This document shows positions 37,244-50,300 of a stretch of DNA of 64,000 bases, piece by piece. The notes beneath the pieces were generated by a model. The model was not told the origin of the DNA and did not search any database. It saw nothing but the letters and a program-made list of their open reading frames with translations. Where the stretch lies: the NCBI GenBank assembly GCA_951406725.2, contig OX597832.1, positions 54,684,001 through 54,748,000 of the forward strand. Direction: 5' to 3'. This stretch comes from Octopus vulgaris (taxonomy: Eukaryota). A program made the translations under genes and the position numbers. Numbering within the stretch: the stretch's first letter is position 1; every line of letters begins with the position of its first letter.

Positions 37244-37464
37244 ACTCTTTTACTCTTTTACTTGTTTCAGTCATTTGACTGTGGCCATGCTGGTGCACCG
37301 CCATTAGTCAAGCAAATCGACCTCAGGACTTATTCTTTGTAAGCCCAGTACTTATTCTATCGGTCTCTTTTTGCCGAACCGCTAAGTTACGGGGACGTAA
37401 ACACACCAGCATCGGTTGTCAAGCGATGATGGGGGGGGACAAACACAGACACATAAACATTTAG

Positions 37465-37526
<62 letters not shown>

Positions 37527-37680
37527 GACGGGCTTCTTTCAGTTTCCGTCCACTAAATCTATTCACAAAGCTTTGGTCGGCCCGAGGCTATAGTAGAAAA
37601 CATTTGCACAAGGTGCCACGCAGTGGGACTGAACACGGAGCCGTGTGGTTGGTAAGCAAGCTACTTACCACACAGCCACA
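37244..37680 (-). mobile_element. Full-length SINE-B
   Basis: Reverse complement of the family sequence. Confidence 0.93.
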
Positions 37681-37807
37681 TACTTCATAGCGTTTGTAGT
37701 CTCTTTTGGTTCATGAAACTACTTAGAATTTGTGTGTATAAAAGAGTACAGGAGTGTTGTCTGTGTGTATGCGCGAGTGTATGCGTATACACCTTAAGAA
37801 TGCGTTC

Positions 37808-38119
37808 CAATATATATATATATACATACTCGTGGGCGGTGTATATATGTATGTAATGTAAATAATATATATATATATATATATATATGCATATGTGGGC
37901 ACACATATATATATATGTATTTATGTATATATATATATGTGTGTGTGTGTGTGTATGTGTATGTATATCTATATATGTATATATGTTTATATATATGTAT
38001 GTGTATATATATATGTATATATGTATGTATGTATGAATATATACACATATATATATGTATATATATATATATATGTATATGTATGTATGTATATATGTAT
38101 GTATGTATGAATGAATATA

Positions 38120-38168
<49 letters not shown>

Positions 38169-38505
38169 TCTTAGTTACGATGTAGATATATATTCTTGCG
38201 TACAGTATATTCTGTGTATATTCTGTGTATATATATATATATATGTATTTATGTATATATATATATGTGTGTGTGTGGTGTGTATGTGTATGTATATCTA
38301 CATATGTATATATGTTTATATATATATATATGTATGTGTATATATATTTATATGTATATATGTATGCATGCATGTATGTATGTATGTATGTATGTATGTA
38401 TGTATGTATGTATGTATGTATGTATGTATGTATGTATGTATATATATACACTCTTAGTTACGATGTAGATATATAAGATTCTTGCGTACAGTATATTCTG
38501 TGTAT
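37808..38505. repeat. (TA)/(TG)/(TATG) field containing a local duplication of a ~55-bp unique segment
   Basis: ACACTCTTAGTTACGATGTAGATATATA..TTCTTGCGTACAGTATATTCTGTGTAT at ~38165 and ~38448. Confidence 0.9.
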
Positions 38506-38984
38506 TTCCTTCGGCTTTTCGTCTTGTTCATTCGCATTTACATTGTGCAAGATTCTCAAGCTTGGTTTTCTGATAGAATTTCGTTATAAATACTTTAAGG
38601 GGGCTTTCTGTATGTTTGTTATAAATGACATCCAGCAGTTATTATATTTGTATTAAATTATCTCTTCGGACCTGCGGTAATGTTTGCGTGCAAACAGTTC
38701 ACGAAAGTTTGACAGCTAACGACAACATATCTTTGTGTAAACATTAATACAAGCAGACCTACGACAGATTCTATAAATTAAGTTATGTAGTACGGTCTAA
38801 GACAAATATGGTAAATTTAGACAGAATTATGATTCACTTAAGACATTTTATATAAAAATTTGTTGCATTTTAATCGTTTGTTTGTTTCCTGTAGTGTCTT
38901 ATCACACTTCCATCCAAATTTTACAATCGAATTTCAGTGGATGTATGAATCACCGGGTCCAGGGATCGTTCTATATCCTACCCC

Positions 38985-39274
38985 TCTTTACTCTTTTACT
39001 CTTTTACTTGTTTCAGTCATTTGACTGCGGCCATGATGGAGCACCTAGTATTGTCAAGCAATACTAGGGGGACAAGCACAGACACACAAACATACACACG
39101 CATATATATATATACATATATACGACGGGCTTCTTTCAGTTTCCGTCTACCAAATCCACTCACAAGGCTTCGGTTGGCCCGAAGCTATAGTAGAAGACAA
39201 TTGCCCAAGGTGCCACGCAGTGGGACTGAACCCGGAACCATGTGGTTGGTAAACAAGCTACTTACCACACAGCC
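38985..39274 (-). mobile_element. SINE-B with a ~120-bp internal deletion
   Basis: GGAGCACC is joined almost directly to TTGTCAAGCAAT. Confidence 0.88.
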
Positions 39275-39529
39275 AATCACGTCGTGTCTTGTGGGGATAC
39301 AGTATATGGGTGGGGGTGGGGTATGTTACGGGTTTATGAAATTCTCCATCGATGCAGGGTAACTGTTGTTCTGTTGCAGCGTGACCTTAGCCTGTTTCAA
39401 AATGTTTTCTGTGCACTTATGAGAAAACAGAAACTAGACAGTGATTAAATTAACTTTTGCTTCAGCCAGGACCCCACCATCAAATGGATGTGCTTCCTCC
39501 ATTTGTCTCTTCCAGCTTCCTTGATGATG

Positions 39530-40383
39530 GTTTCGAATTTTGGTACAAGGCCAGCAACTTCGGAGGAAGGGTAAGTCGATTATATTGACCCAACTACTCG
39601 AGTGGCACTTATTTTATCGAGACCTCGGTGGAATTTGAACTCAGAACTTATAGGAGGACGAAATGCCGCTATTCACATTGCCCAGCATGCTAACCGTTCT
39701 GCCAGCTCGCCAAATTTTGGCACAAGGCCAGCAAAATCGGGGTGGGGGGAGGGCAACAGATTACATCGACTGGTACTTATTTTATCGACCCCAAAAGGAT
39801 GAAATGCAAAATAGACCTCGGTAGAATCTAAACTCAGAAAATAAGGACGGGTGAAAAGCCGCTAAGCATTTCGCCCGACGTGCTAACCATTCTGCCAGCT
39901 CGCTGACTTTAGCTTCCTTCTTATTGAAGTTTCACAGATGTTCACTCCTTACACAGGTGACAGAGTCCTTGTTTGTCCCCTCTGTGTTTAGCCCCTTGTG
40001 GGTAATACAGAAATACGTATTTCGTCTGCCGTTACGTTCTGAGTTCAAATTCCGGCGAGGTCGACTTTGCCTTTCATCCTCTCGGGGTCGATAAATTAAG
40101 TACCAGATACGCACTGGGGTCGATGTAATCCGTCGACTTAATCCGTTTGTCTGTCCTTGTTTGTCCTCTCTGTGTTTAGCCCCTTGTAGGTAGTAAAGAA
40201 ATAGGCATTTCGTCGGTCTTTGTGTTCTGAGCTTAAATTCCGCCGAGGTCGACTTTGGCCTTCATCCTTTCGGGGTCAATAAATTAATTACCAGTAGATC
40301 AATGGGGATCGATGTAATCGACCAGTTCCCCCCTCACCCCCGCTCTGAAATTTCAGGTCTTGTGCCTATAGCAGAAAGGATTA
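39530..40383. mobile_element. Two old SINE-A monomers (minus, 39530-39908) and a headless SINE-A multimer (plus, 39965-40383)
   Basis: Family core sequences in opposite orientations. Confidence 0.85.
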
Positions 40384-40409
40384 TATATATAATATATATA
40401 TGTATATAT

Positions 40410-40639
40410 TCTTTTATTCTTTTATTTGTTTGTCATTTGACTGGGGCCATGCTGGAGCACCGCCTTTAGTCGAGCAAATCGACCCCAGGACTTATTCTTT
40501 GTAAGCCTAGTACTTATTCTAGCGTCTCTCTTGCCGAACCGCTAAGTTACAGGGACGTAAATATACCAGCATTGGTTGTCAAGTGATGTTAGGGGGAAAA
40601 ACACAGACACACACATACATACATACATACATACATACA

Positions 40640-40674
<35 letters not shown>

Positions 40675-40888
40675 GTATGTATGTTGTCCCCCAACATCGC
40701 TTGACAACCGATGCTGGTGTGTTTACTTCTCCGTAACTTAGCGGTTCGGCAAAAGAGACCGCTAGAATAAGTACTAGGCTAACAAAGAATAAGTCCTGGG
40801 GTCGATTTGTTCGATCGCCTATAGATGGTGCTCCAGCATGGCCACAGTCAAATTACTGAAACAAGTAAAAGAGTAAAAGCGTAAGAGT
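40410..40888. mobile_element. Two SINE-B 3' halves in inverted orientation joined at a (TACA)n spacer
   Basis: Minus copy 40410-40610, plus copy 40685-40888; neither has a head. Confidence 0.88.
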
Positions 40889-40949
40889 ACATAGGTTTAA
40901 CGCACGAAACTCTCGGCCCTTGAGTCATATATAGATTTCTGTGTATATT

Positions 40950-41347
40950 ACTCTTTTACTTGTTTCAGTCATTTGACTGCGGCCATGCTGGAGCACCGCC
41001 TTAATCGAGCAAATCGACCCCAGGACTTATTCTTCTGTAAGCCCAGTACTTATTCTATCGGTCTCTTTTGCCGAACCGCTAAGTAACGGGGACGTAAACA
41101 CACCAGCATCGGTTGTCAAGCAATGCTAGGGGGACAAACACAGACACACAAACATACACGCACACACATATATATATATATACATATATACGACGGGCTT
41201 ATTTCAGTTTCCGCCTACCAAATCCACTCACAAGGCATTGGTCGGCCCGGGGCTATAGCAGAAGACAATTGCCCAAGGTGCCACGCAGTGGGACTGAACC
41301 CGGAACCATGTGGTTGGTTAGCAAGCTACTTACCACACAGCCACTCC
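40950..41347 (-). mobile_element. Full-length SINE-B
   Basis: Reverse complement of the family sequence. Confidence 0.93.
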
Positions 41348-41839
41348 TTCTGGATTTCCAGTTCTAATCTTCACGAATCTCAGATATTTATAGAACTAGC
41401 GAGTCACATTTCTATCCCTGAGACTTAGATCCTACATCGACAGCCATATTGCCTGAATAGGCTAAAAATAAAAATATACTTCGGCGCAAGTAAACGTTTT
41501 ATCATCAATAATAATAATAATAAGCAACAGCAACAGTGGATAAGAATCTCAGGAAATTGTTGGCTCTAAAAAGCACTTAAATCAGCGTCCACGAATCCAA
41601 TATGCGTGTTCTTTGATGGACAGCTTTCTATTCTCTTCGAAATGGTGAGTGTGAAATGAAAATAACTAAAAATAGCTTTCATGACGTTTATAAATGGCGA
41701 TTTCAATTTATTTCCGTTGTCTTTTGTTGTTGTTGTTGTTGTTTTGCTTTAGTTTTTTTTAATTGTTTTTGATATTTTTTTCAATGAAATCCTTGGTAAG
41801 TACTGCTTGATAATAAATATTTACTTTATTTTCACGACA

Positions 41840-42212
41840 GGCGCAAGAGTGGCTGTGTGGTGAGTAGCTTGCTAACCAACCAGATGGCTCCGGGTTCAGT
41901 CCCACTGCGTGGCATCTTGGGCAAGTGTCTTCTGCTGGTAGACGGAAACTGAAAGAAGCCTGTCGTAAATATGCATATACATATATATATATGTGTGTGT
42001 GTAGGTGGGTTTGTGTGTTTGTCCCCCTAGCATTGCTTGACAACCGATGCTGGTATGTTTACGTCCCCGTCACTTAGCGGTTCGGCAAAAGAGACCGATA
42101 GAATAAGTACTGGGCTTACAAAGAATAAGTCTCGGGGTCGATTTGCTCGACTAAAGGTGGTGCTCCAGCATGGCCGCAGTCAAATGACTGAAACAAGTAA
42201 AAGAGTAAAGAG
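41840..42212 (+). mobile_element. SINE-B with a ~40-bp deletion
   Basis: Family sequence. Confidence 0.9.
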
Positions 42213-42259
42213 TGTACATATATGTGTGCAGGCGTGAGTGTATGTGTGTATGTATATGC

Positions 42260-42485
42260 ATGTCATTGTCCAGTTTTATATCAAGATTTCTTGCCAATAG
42301 AAAACGAGCCGCTTTCCAATCTAGATCCAAGGCTCCTTCTAAGGAATTTCAACATCAACAGCTGGGTATTTTTGTTTGTATTTATGTATGTATGTATGTA
42401 TGTATGTATATGTGTGTAGATTTATATGTTTTGTTTTATGGCTGTATTCTCATGCATATAGTTGCATATCTAGGCATGCTCATAT
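42260..42485 (-). mobile_element. 3' UTR fragment of the RLE LINE family seen at 6205-6945
   Basis: GTCATTGT.CAGTTTTAT.TCAAGATTTCTTGCCAA..AGAGCCG..CTAGATCC..TTTCAACATCAACA matches 6214-6400; the TATTCTCATGCATAT motif is also at ~5805. Confidence 0.8.
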
Positions 42486-42529
42486 GTATGTGTGCATGTG
42501 TGTATGAATAATGTATGTAACTATATGAG

Positions 42530-42683
42530 CACCCACTACACTCACTGAGTGGTTGGCGTTAGGAAGGGCATCCAGCTGTAGAAACATTGCCAGATAAGAC
42601 TGGAGCCTGGTGCAGCCCTCTGGTTTCCCAGATCCCCGGTCGAACCGTCCAACCCATGCTAGCATGGAGAACGGACGTTAACC

Positions 42684-42728
<45 letters not shown>
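42530..42728 (+). mobile_element. SINE-E 3' part with (GAT)n tail (RTE-associated type by resemblance)
   Basis: GGCGTTAGGAAGGGCATCCAGCTGTAGAAAC ... CCATGCTAGCATGG hairpin ... GGACGTTAACC(GAT)n. Single copy here, so the family is assigned from memory. Confidence 0.6.
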
Positions 42729-42754
42729 ATATATATATATATATATATTATATA

Positions 42755-42945
42755 GGGAGAGAATTCACAAAAAGCAAACGACGAAGACATGCCGTGTAGA
42801 AAACAAACAGATGTATTAGTATAACGCTCGGGAATTGAAAAAGTCTTTAACGTTTCGAGCCTACGCTCTTCCACAGAAAGAAACACAGAAAGAAACAAGG
42901 AGAGAAAAAAAAATGTGTGTAGTGGCTGGCGATCTATCATGGTGA
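42755..42945 (-). mobile_element. (TA)n-anchored repeat with a hammerhead-like motif (42845-42880), probable Penelope pseudo-LTR remnant
   Basis: Minus strand: CTTT CTGTGGA A GAGC-GTAG-GCTC GAAA CG TT AAAG; homologous to 53193-53345. Confidence 0.65.
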
Positions 42946-42953
42946 ATATATGT

Positions 42954-42993
<40 letters not shown>

Positions 42994-43664
42994 ATTGTGT
43001 GTGTATTTGTTTGTGTGTAAAGGGGGGAAAGTGGCACAGAGGGGCGACAACAAATTTACGAGAAAACGAGTCAAGACAAACGAACGTAAATGCGCCCTAT
43101 CCCTCATCAGCTGTTAATCAAATATCACGACAATTTCGACACATACATAGAAACACACATATACAGACGTACATACACAGACATGCACACACATACTCTC
43201 TCTTTCTCTCTCTCTCTCACACACACACACGCACATACACACAGGCTCGCGCGTAAGCATTAACGCATGCACTTATATGAAATTTGTACTAGGGAAGACA
43301 ACAGTTATATTAGCCCCTTGACCTTTATTCAGGACTGGTACTTTAATTTATCGACTGCAGAAGGAGGAAAGGCGACCTGAGCGAGATTTGAACTTAGAGC
43401 ATAAATTATTGTAACTAAATGCTGCAAGGTATATTCATGAGTTTGATTAAGCAGGTGATGCATTTATATGTTCATACGTTCGACGTGGGAAGGTGTACCT
43501 GACGTTTCGGAATTAATTCTTCGTCAGAAAGAAAATCACTGATTCGACTTTACATTAGGCTTATATACATATATTCAATTAGAGACATATATGACGATAT
43601 TTATGAATGGGTTGAGCTATGTATATATGTCTATGTGTATGTTTGTATGTATGTGTATGTTTAT

Positions 43665-44042
43665 GAGAGAGAGAAGAGGAGAGAGAGAGATGGAGTGTTT
43701 GTGTGTGAGAGAGGAGGAGGAGAATGGGGCGAGATAGGGGAGAGAGGGGGGACAGAGGGGAGAGAGGGAGAAATGAGGAGAGAGGGGAGAAAGAGAGAGG
43801 GGAGAAATGAGGAGAGACGGGAGAGGGGAGAAAGGGAGAGAGAGTGAGAAAGAGGAGAAATGGGGCGAGAGGAGAGTGGAGGAGGAGATGGGGAGGAAAG
43901 AGGTGGAGGGAGAGAGGTGGGGAGGGAGAGAGAGGGAGGGGATGGAGAGGAGAAGGGATGGAGAGAGAGGGGATGGGATAGAGAGAGAGGGGAGGTAGAG
44001 AGAGGGGAAAGAGGGAAGAGAGAGGGGAAGAGAACAAGAGAA
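43665..44042. repeat. Polypurine (GA/GGA)-rich tract
   Basis: Almost exclusively G and A on the plus strand. Confidence 0.92.
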
Positions 44043-44580
44043 GTAACAACTTCTGGTAAGGTGTCAGTATGTATTCGATCCCACTGTATTTAACCTTACA
44101 GAAATCCTCGTTCATGCCGTTGGTAGGATACTGCTTACATACGAAAGCTTCTTCAAAGAAAAGGAAAAAGAGGAAGAAATAAAAAGTATTATAACGCTGA
44201 TAAAGGCTGATCTGTAAGTACGCCTTCTCTCAAATTTCAGTCAACGATTAGCAAACAGAATTTGAAAGACAAATAATTTTGGCTTTGACCAGATGAAGTC
44301 AGACAGCCGTCGACTGATTAAAACAGGTTTGTTTGCTTTTGTTTGCTAGTGAGACATTTGTCTTATGTCAATAAAACTAATTGTTATCTCTTTTGGTCTC
44401 GTTCGCAGTTTGCTGCGGTGGCAAACGACATGGAGACAAAGCGGACATGTTTGAAAATTTGTCAACGCCGACCGCGTCATAGGGAAGCTGGGATTTCGTT
44501 TTCTCAGGAAGTCTTAATCTGTAACAACGTCTTTCTACTGATTTGTTTGGTCCCATTGTTTCAGATTTAAAAAAACCAAA

Positions 44581-44751
44581 GGCGCAGGAGTGGCTGTGTG
44601 GTAAGTAGCTTGTTTACCAACCACATGGTTCCGGGTTCAGTCCCGCTGCGTGGCACCTTGGGCAAGTGTCTTCTACTATAGCCTCGGGCCGACCAATGCC
44701 TTGTGAGTGGATTTGGTAGATGGAAACTGAAAGAAGCCCGTCGTATATATG

Positions 44752-44831
<80 letters not shown>

Positions 44832-45033
44832 TGTGTCTGTGTTTGTCCCCCAAGCATTGCTAGTGTGTTTATGTCCCCGTTACTTAGCGGTTCGGCAAAA
44901 GAGACCGATAAAATAAGTACTGGGCTTACAAAAGAATAAGTCCCGGGGTCGAGTTGCTCGATTAAAGGCGGTGCTCCAGCATGGCCGCAGTCAAATGACT
45001 GAAACAAGTAAAAGAGTAAAAGAGTAAAGAGTA
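44581..45033 (+). mobile_element. Full-length SINE-B with an expanded (TA)n
   Basis: Complete head, body and tail. Confidence 0.93.
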
Positions 45034-45080
45034 AACGTTGACTTTCACCAAAAAAGTATAATAAATATAAAGTAAAAAAG

Positions 45081-45772
45081 GGGCGGTGAACTGGTAGAAT
45101 AGTTAGCACGCCGAGCGAAATGCCTAGCGGTATTTCGTCTGCCGCTACGTTCTGAGTTCAAATTCCGCCTTTCATCCTTTCGGGGTCGATTAAATAAGTA
45201 CCAGTTACGCACTGAGGTCGATGTAATCGACTTAATCCGTTTGTCTGTCCTTGTTCGTCCCCTCTGTGTTTAGCCCCTTGTGGGTAGTAAAGAAATAGGT
45301 ATTTCGTCTGCCGTTACGTTCTGAGTTCAAATTCTGCCGAGGTCGACTTTGCCTTTCATCCTTTCGGGGTCGATTAAATAAGTACCAGTTACGCACTGAT
45401 GTCGATGTAATCGACTTAATCCGTTTGTCTGTCCTTGCTCGTCCCCTCCGTGTTTAGCCCCTTGTGGGTAGTAAAGAAATAGGTATTTCGTCTACCGTTA
45501 CGTTCTGAGTTAAAATTCCGCCGAGGTCGACTTTGCCTTTCATCCTTTCGGGGTCGATAAATAAGTACCAGTTACGCACTGGGGTCATTGCATTCGACTT
45601 AATCCGTTTGTCTGCCCTTGTTTGTCTCCTCTGTGTTTAGCCCCTTGTGGGTAGTAAAGAAATAGGTATTTCGTCTGCCGCTACGTTCTGAGTTCAAATT
45701 TCGCCGAGGTCGACTTTGCCTTTCATCCTATCGGGGTCGATTAAATAAGTACCAGTTACGCACTGGGGTCGA
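45081..45772 (+). mobile_element. SINE-A tandem array (head plus ~3.6 bodies)
   Basis: Junction AAGAAATAGGTATTTCGTC at ~45290, 45474 and 45657. Confidence 0.93.
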
Positions 45773-46930
45773 TCCTATAACTCCTTATCTAGTATTAATA
45801 TTTTATAATATGATCTGGTGTGATATGAGACAGATTCGGCTGCTATTTCTAATATGCCTACCGACTGCATAGTAGCTCCCTACTTTAGCTCCTATCACTT
45901 TTTAATAAATCTGGATGCGAGGGTTTCAATGTCGGCCTGGAATTAGTATGTTAATCTCTATAAATTCTTTGTACAGTTAGAGGGTTAGGCATTATCTTCC
46001 TGGTAAATATTGTGCGATTGCTTCATGTGTACTTCAGTTACCGCCATTGTTTATCGAATTATACAAACAATTCGGGAGTTTGAGAACCTGGAATTGTTGT
46101 TTGCAAGACCAGAAAATGATTTTGTAAAACTAGAACTAGTTTCAGTAATATAATAAGTCGCAATCAGTTTTCTATCCGTGACACGGCGAGACTTTTAGAA
46201 TTCTTTGTAAGATAGTATCAATAAAATACACCGCACACACACGCACACATTATCTATATATATATATGTGTGTATATATACATATATACGACTTCCATAT
46301 ACTTCTCTTTCCTACCCGCCATTGCTTCTTGACCAAATTATTTTGGCGCCCTTTTTTTCTTCCCCCTTCTTCCTCCCATCCTCCTCAATCCCTTCTCTCT
46401 CTTTTTCTCTCGGTCTCTGACTGATTCTGTCCCCTGCCTTCCACCCTCTTTGATTCCCTCTCTCTCTGTCTCTCTTTCTCTCTCTCCCCTGCAACCTGCT
46501 GCTTCTCCACCATTTCGTTGGCGATCGCATCTCGCCAACATCTGTATTTGTCCCCTCTACCGAAAAGGTAATTATTTCTACGCCTGCTGCTATGTTTGTT
46601 GTTTTGTCTCATTTGGTCTAAAGTCGTATGACAACCACCGTTATATTATATTTTGTTTAACCGTTACCGTTTTCAATTTCGTTTTCGTCTCTCGTATTTA
46701 CCTCCGTCTCGTGCGTTTACATTCTTGTCTTCTACCAAGAAATCTAATGCTTACAGCTTAGTTTTTTTTCTTGGGGCTGGCCGAGTTGGAGCAAATATCA
46801 GAATTGAACAGCCGAAATTTGCTATGATGATTCGGTGTCTGACTGAAGATTGAAGGCTTCGAATGATTTGTCTGTGTTCCGTGTTTGTCCCTTCCTGTAT
46901 TTCACGTTCTTTATATATAAAACATTTATT

Positions 46931-47008
<78 letters not shown>

Positions 47009-47042
47009 TATACATACATACACACACATATACAATATAAAA

Positions 47043-47182
47043 CAGACTTCTTTCAGTTTCCATCAACCAAATCCATTCACAAGGCTTTGGTCGACCCATG
47101 GTTATAGTTGAAGACACTTGCCCAAGGTGCTGCGCAGTGGGACTGAACCCGAAACCATGTAGTTGAGAACCACACTGCCATA
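47043..47182 (-). mobile_element. SINE-B 5' half between (TA)n tracts
   Basis: ACACTTGCCCAAGGTGC..GTGGGACTGAACCC. Confidence 0.82.
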
Positions 47183-47285
47183 TTTACGCACACATATATA
47201 TATAACACATACATGTGTGTGTAGGGGGGTGTAACATATACATACATACATACATGCATACATACATACATACATACATACATAA

Positions 47286-47387
<102 letters not shown>

Positions 47388-48432
47388 CGTATTCGACTGC
47401 GGCAAACACAACTTTATACTGAGGTCAGAAGCGATCTGCTGTCTTCATATATCGATTCAGCCATCCTCAGTTATATATAATGACTGACAACAACAACAGC
47501 AGCAACAACAACAGCAACAACAACAACAACAACAACACCAATAACAATTCGTTTCTCTGATATATTCAATGCATTCGTGATTATTTTGTTTTCTATATTT
47601 AATAAATATATTCACATAATTTACGTAATGGAAGCCATACTTCTTTTAGTTGGTTGTGGTATTTTTAAAATACCAATTATGGTTATGTTATTTTGTATCT
47701 AGCGTGATCACCGAATTCGAAACATCCAGTAGTTATTGAATTAGTGGAATCTGTACTTTAAATATATACACACAATGTAGAGGAACTGCATCGTGATTCG
47801 GTTTGCTCGCTGGCTTGCGTGTTTTAAACACCCAGCTGAAGCTCATATACATTCGATTGTCGTCCTCGTAACACAATAAAATATTCAACAAGCATTCGCC
47901 TGCTAAAGAAAAGCTAATATTCCCTTACAATAATGACTCGCAGGCATAATGGAGGAATTAATTAATTTTACTCGGAATTCTTACAGCGAATAATATTTAT
48001 CAATAATTGCAACACGACACATCTTGTGGCTTTTACGAATATTAACTGGCAATTTACATTCTACATCCAATATCACTTGGTTAAATATTGGAAGAGCTAG
48101 AGAATGTTTATTATATTTCTTAGCAATATTAATGTCATTTTAGCAGAGAGGAGAAGAGGAAGAAGGGGGAAAAAGAAGCGGAAGAAACATAGAGGCAGCA
48201 CGATTGTGGCATATTATAATACGATAACATACATATGTTACTGTCGTTTCGAGATTGCCAAGCGTGTACGACTATAGACGTACAAGTGTGCTGTAAACAG
48301 GAATATTTCTTCTACCTGAACACAGAATAGCTCACAGGAGACAATGATAATGGCTGACGCTTTCTAAACAAGAGAAAAATAGGAAATGTGCACAATAAGA
48401 CACCTCGGAGACGCTATTGCGCAAGCAAGCGT

Positions 48433-48622
48433 TCACGCACACACGCACACACACGACCGTGCGCGCGTGCGCACAGCAGACACACATACACGCGCACAGA
48501 AAGAGCTTGCGCCCTCACACACACACATATATATATACACACACATACGTATATATACACACGTGTATATGTATATATATATGTGTATATATATATGTAT
48601 ATATATATACATATATATATAT

Positions 48623-48661
<39 letters not shown>

Positions 48662-48710
48662 CATATATATATATACATATATATATATATACATACATAT
48701 ATATATATAC

Positions 48711-48747
<37 letters not shown>

Positions 48748-48768
48748 CATATATATATACATACATAT

Positions 48769-48830
<62 letters not shown>

Positions 48831-49153
48831 GTGTATATGTATGTATATATATACACATAAACACATACGCACATCCTCTCGCACACATGCATATACGCGC
48901 ACACACACACACGCACGCACTCACCATACGCAGGAGTGAATACGCATATGCACATATACACACATACACACGTACACACACACATATACACGTCCACACA
49001 ACCACACACACGAACATACACACGCATGCGCGCGTGCGCGTGCGCGTACTCTCCCACATACACACATACATACTTACACATATTGACAGGCACACATACA
49101 TGCATATACACACACACACACTTACGCACACGCACACACACACATACACACGC
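48433..49153. repeat. Compound (CA)/(TA)/(CG) alternating purine-pyrimidine field
   Basis: Direct reading. Confidence 0.93.
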
Positions 49154-49324
49154 AAAGTGATTCCAGGCAGAGATTTAATGATGAATAACAATCGGTTCTG
49201 TTTCGTTCTCAGAGATTAACTTACCAATTCCCGGACGACAAGGAAACTCTCGCATCCCGGCTTACCAAAAGGCGATACGAGTTAAAAGTGGAGAGCCACT
49301 ATGCGGTTGGTAGACATGTTAGAA

Positions 49325-50300
49325 ATAGCAGTCACAGATATTTCCTTGATGCCATGCCGACAATTTTGGATTTTAGCACAGAGGTGAAGGTGCGTAGCTT
49401 AGTGGTTAATGTGTTCGCTTCACAGTCGTAAGGTCGTGAGTTCGATTCCTGTCGACACGTTGTGTCCTTGAGCAAGACACTTTATTTCAGTCATTTGACT
49501 GCGGCCATGCTGGAGCACCGCCTTTAGTCGAAGAAATCGACCCCAGGACTTATTCTTTGTCAGCCTAGCACTTATTTTATCCTTCTCTTTTGACAAACCG
49601 CTAAGTTATGGGTACATAAACATACCAGCATCGGTTGTCAACCGATGTCGGGTGGGGGCACAAACACAAACACAACATATTGATAACTGGTGTTAGTATT
49701 TTTACGTCCCAACAACAACAACAACAACAACCAGCGTAACCAGAACAACAGCATCAGCAACAACAACATCAGTAGCTAACCTCACTACTCTCATAGCAGT
49801 CACAGATATCTCCTTGATGCCATGCCGACAATTTTGGATTTTGGCACAGAGGTGAAGGTGCGTAGCTTAGTGGTTAATGTGTTCGCTTCACAGTCGTAAG
49901 GTCGTGAGTTCGATTCCTGTCGACACGTTGTGTCCTTGAACAACACACTTTATTTCAGTCATTCGACTGCGGCCACGCTGGAGCACCGCCTTTAGTCGAA
50001 GAAATCGACCCCAGGACTTATTCTTTGTCAGCCTAGCACTTATTTTATCCTTTTCTTTTGACAAACCTCTAGGTTACTGGTATGTCACAGATATTTCCTT
50101 GATGCCATGTGTTCGCTTCACAATCGTAAGGTCATGAGTTCGATTCCTGTCGACACGTTGTGTCCTTGAGCAAGACACTTTATTTCACTTTCAGTCCACT
50201 CAGCTGGCAAAAACTGAGTAGTAGCTGTAATTCAAAGGGGCCAGCAGCATTGTCACATTCTGTGTGACACTGAATCTCCCTAACAACTACGTTATGGGCA
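49325..50300 (+). repeat. Local ~470-bp duplication plus a partial third copy of a flank + SINE-D head + inverted SINE-B tail cassette
   Basis: ATAGCAGTCACAGATAT.TCCTTGATGCCATG begins at ~49325 and ~49793, and again partially at ~50084. Confidence 0.88.

Noticed and set aside
46838-46880. CTGAAGA..GAAGGCTTC GAAT hammerhead-like string before (TA)n
   Set aside because: GAAA box and stems I and III are not formed.
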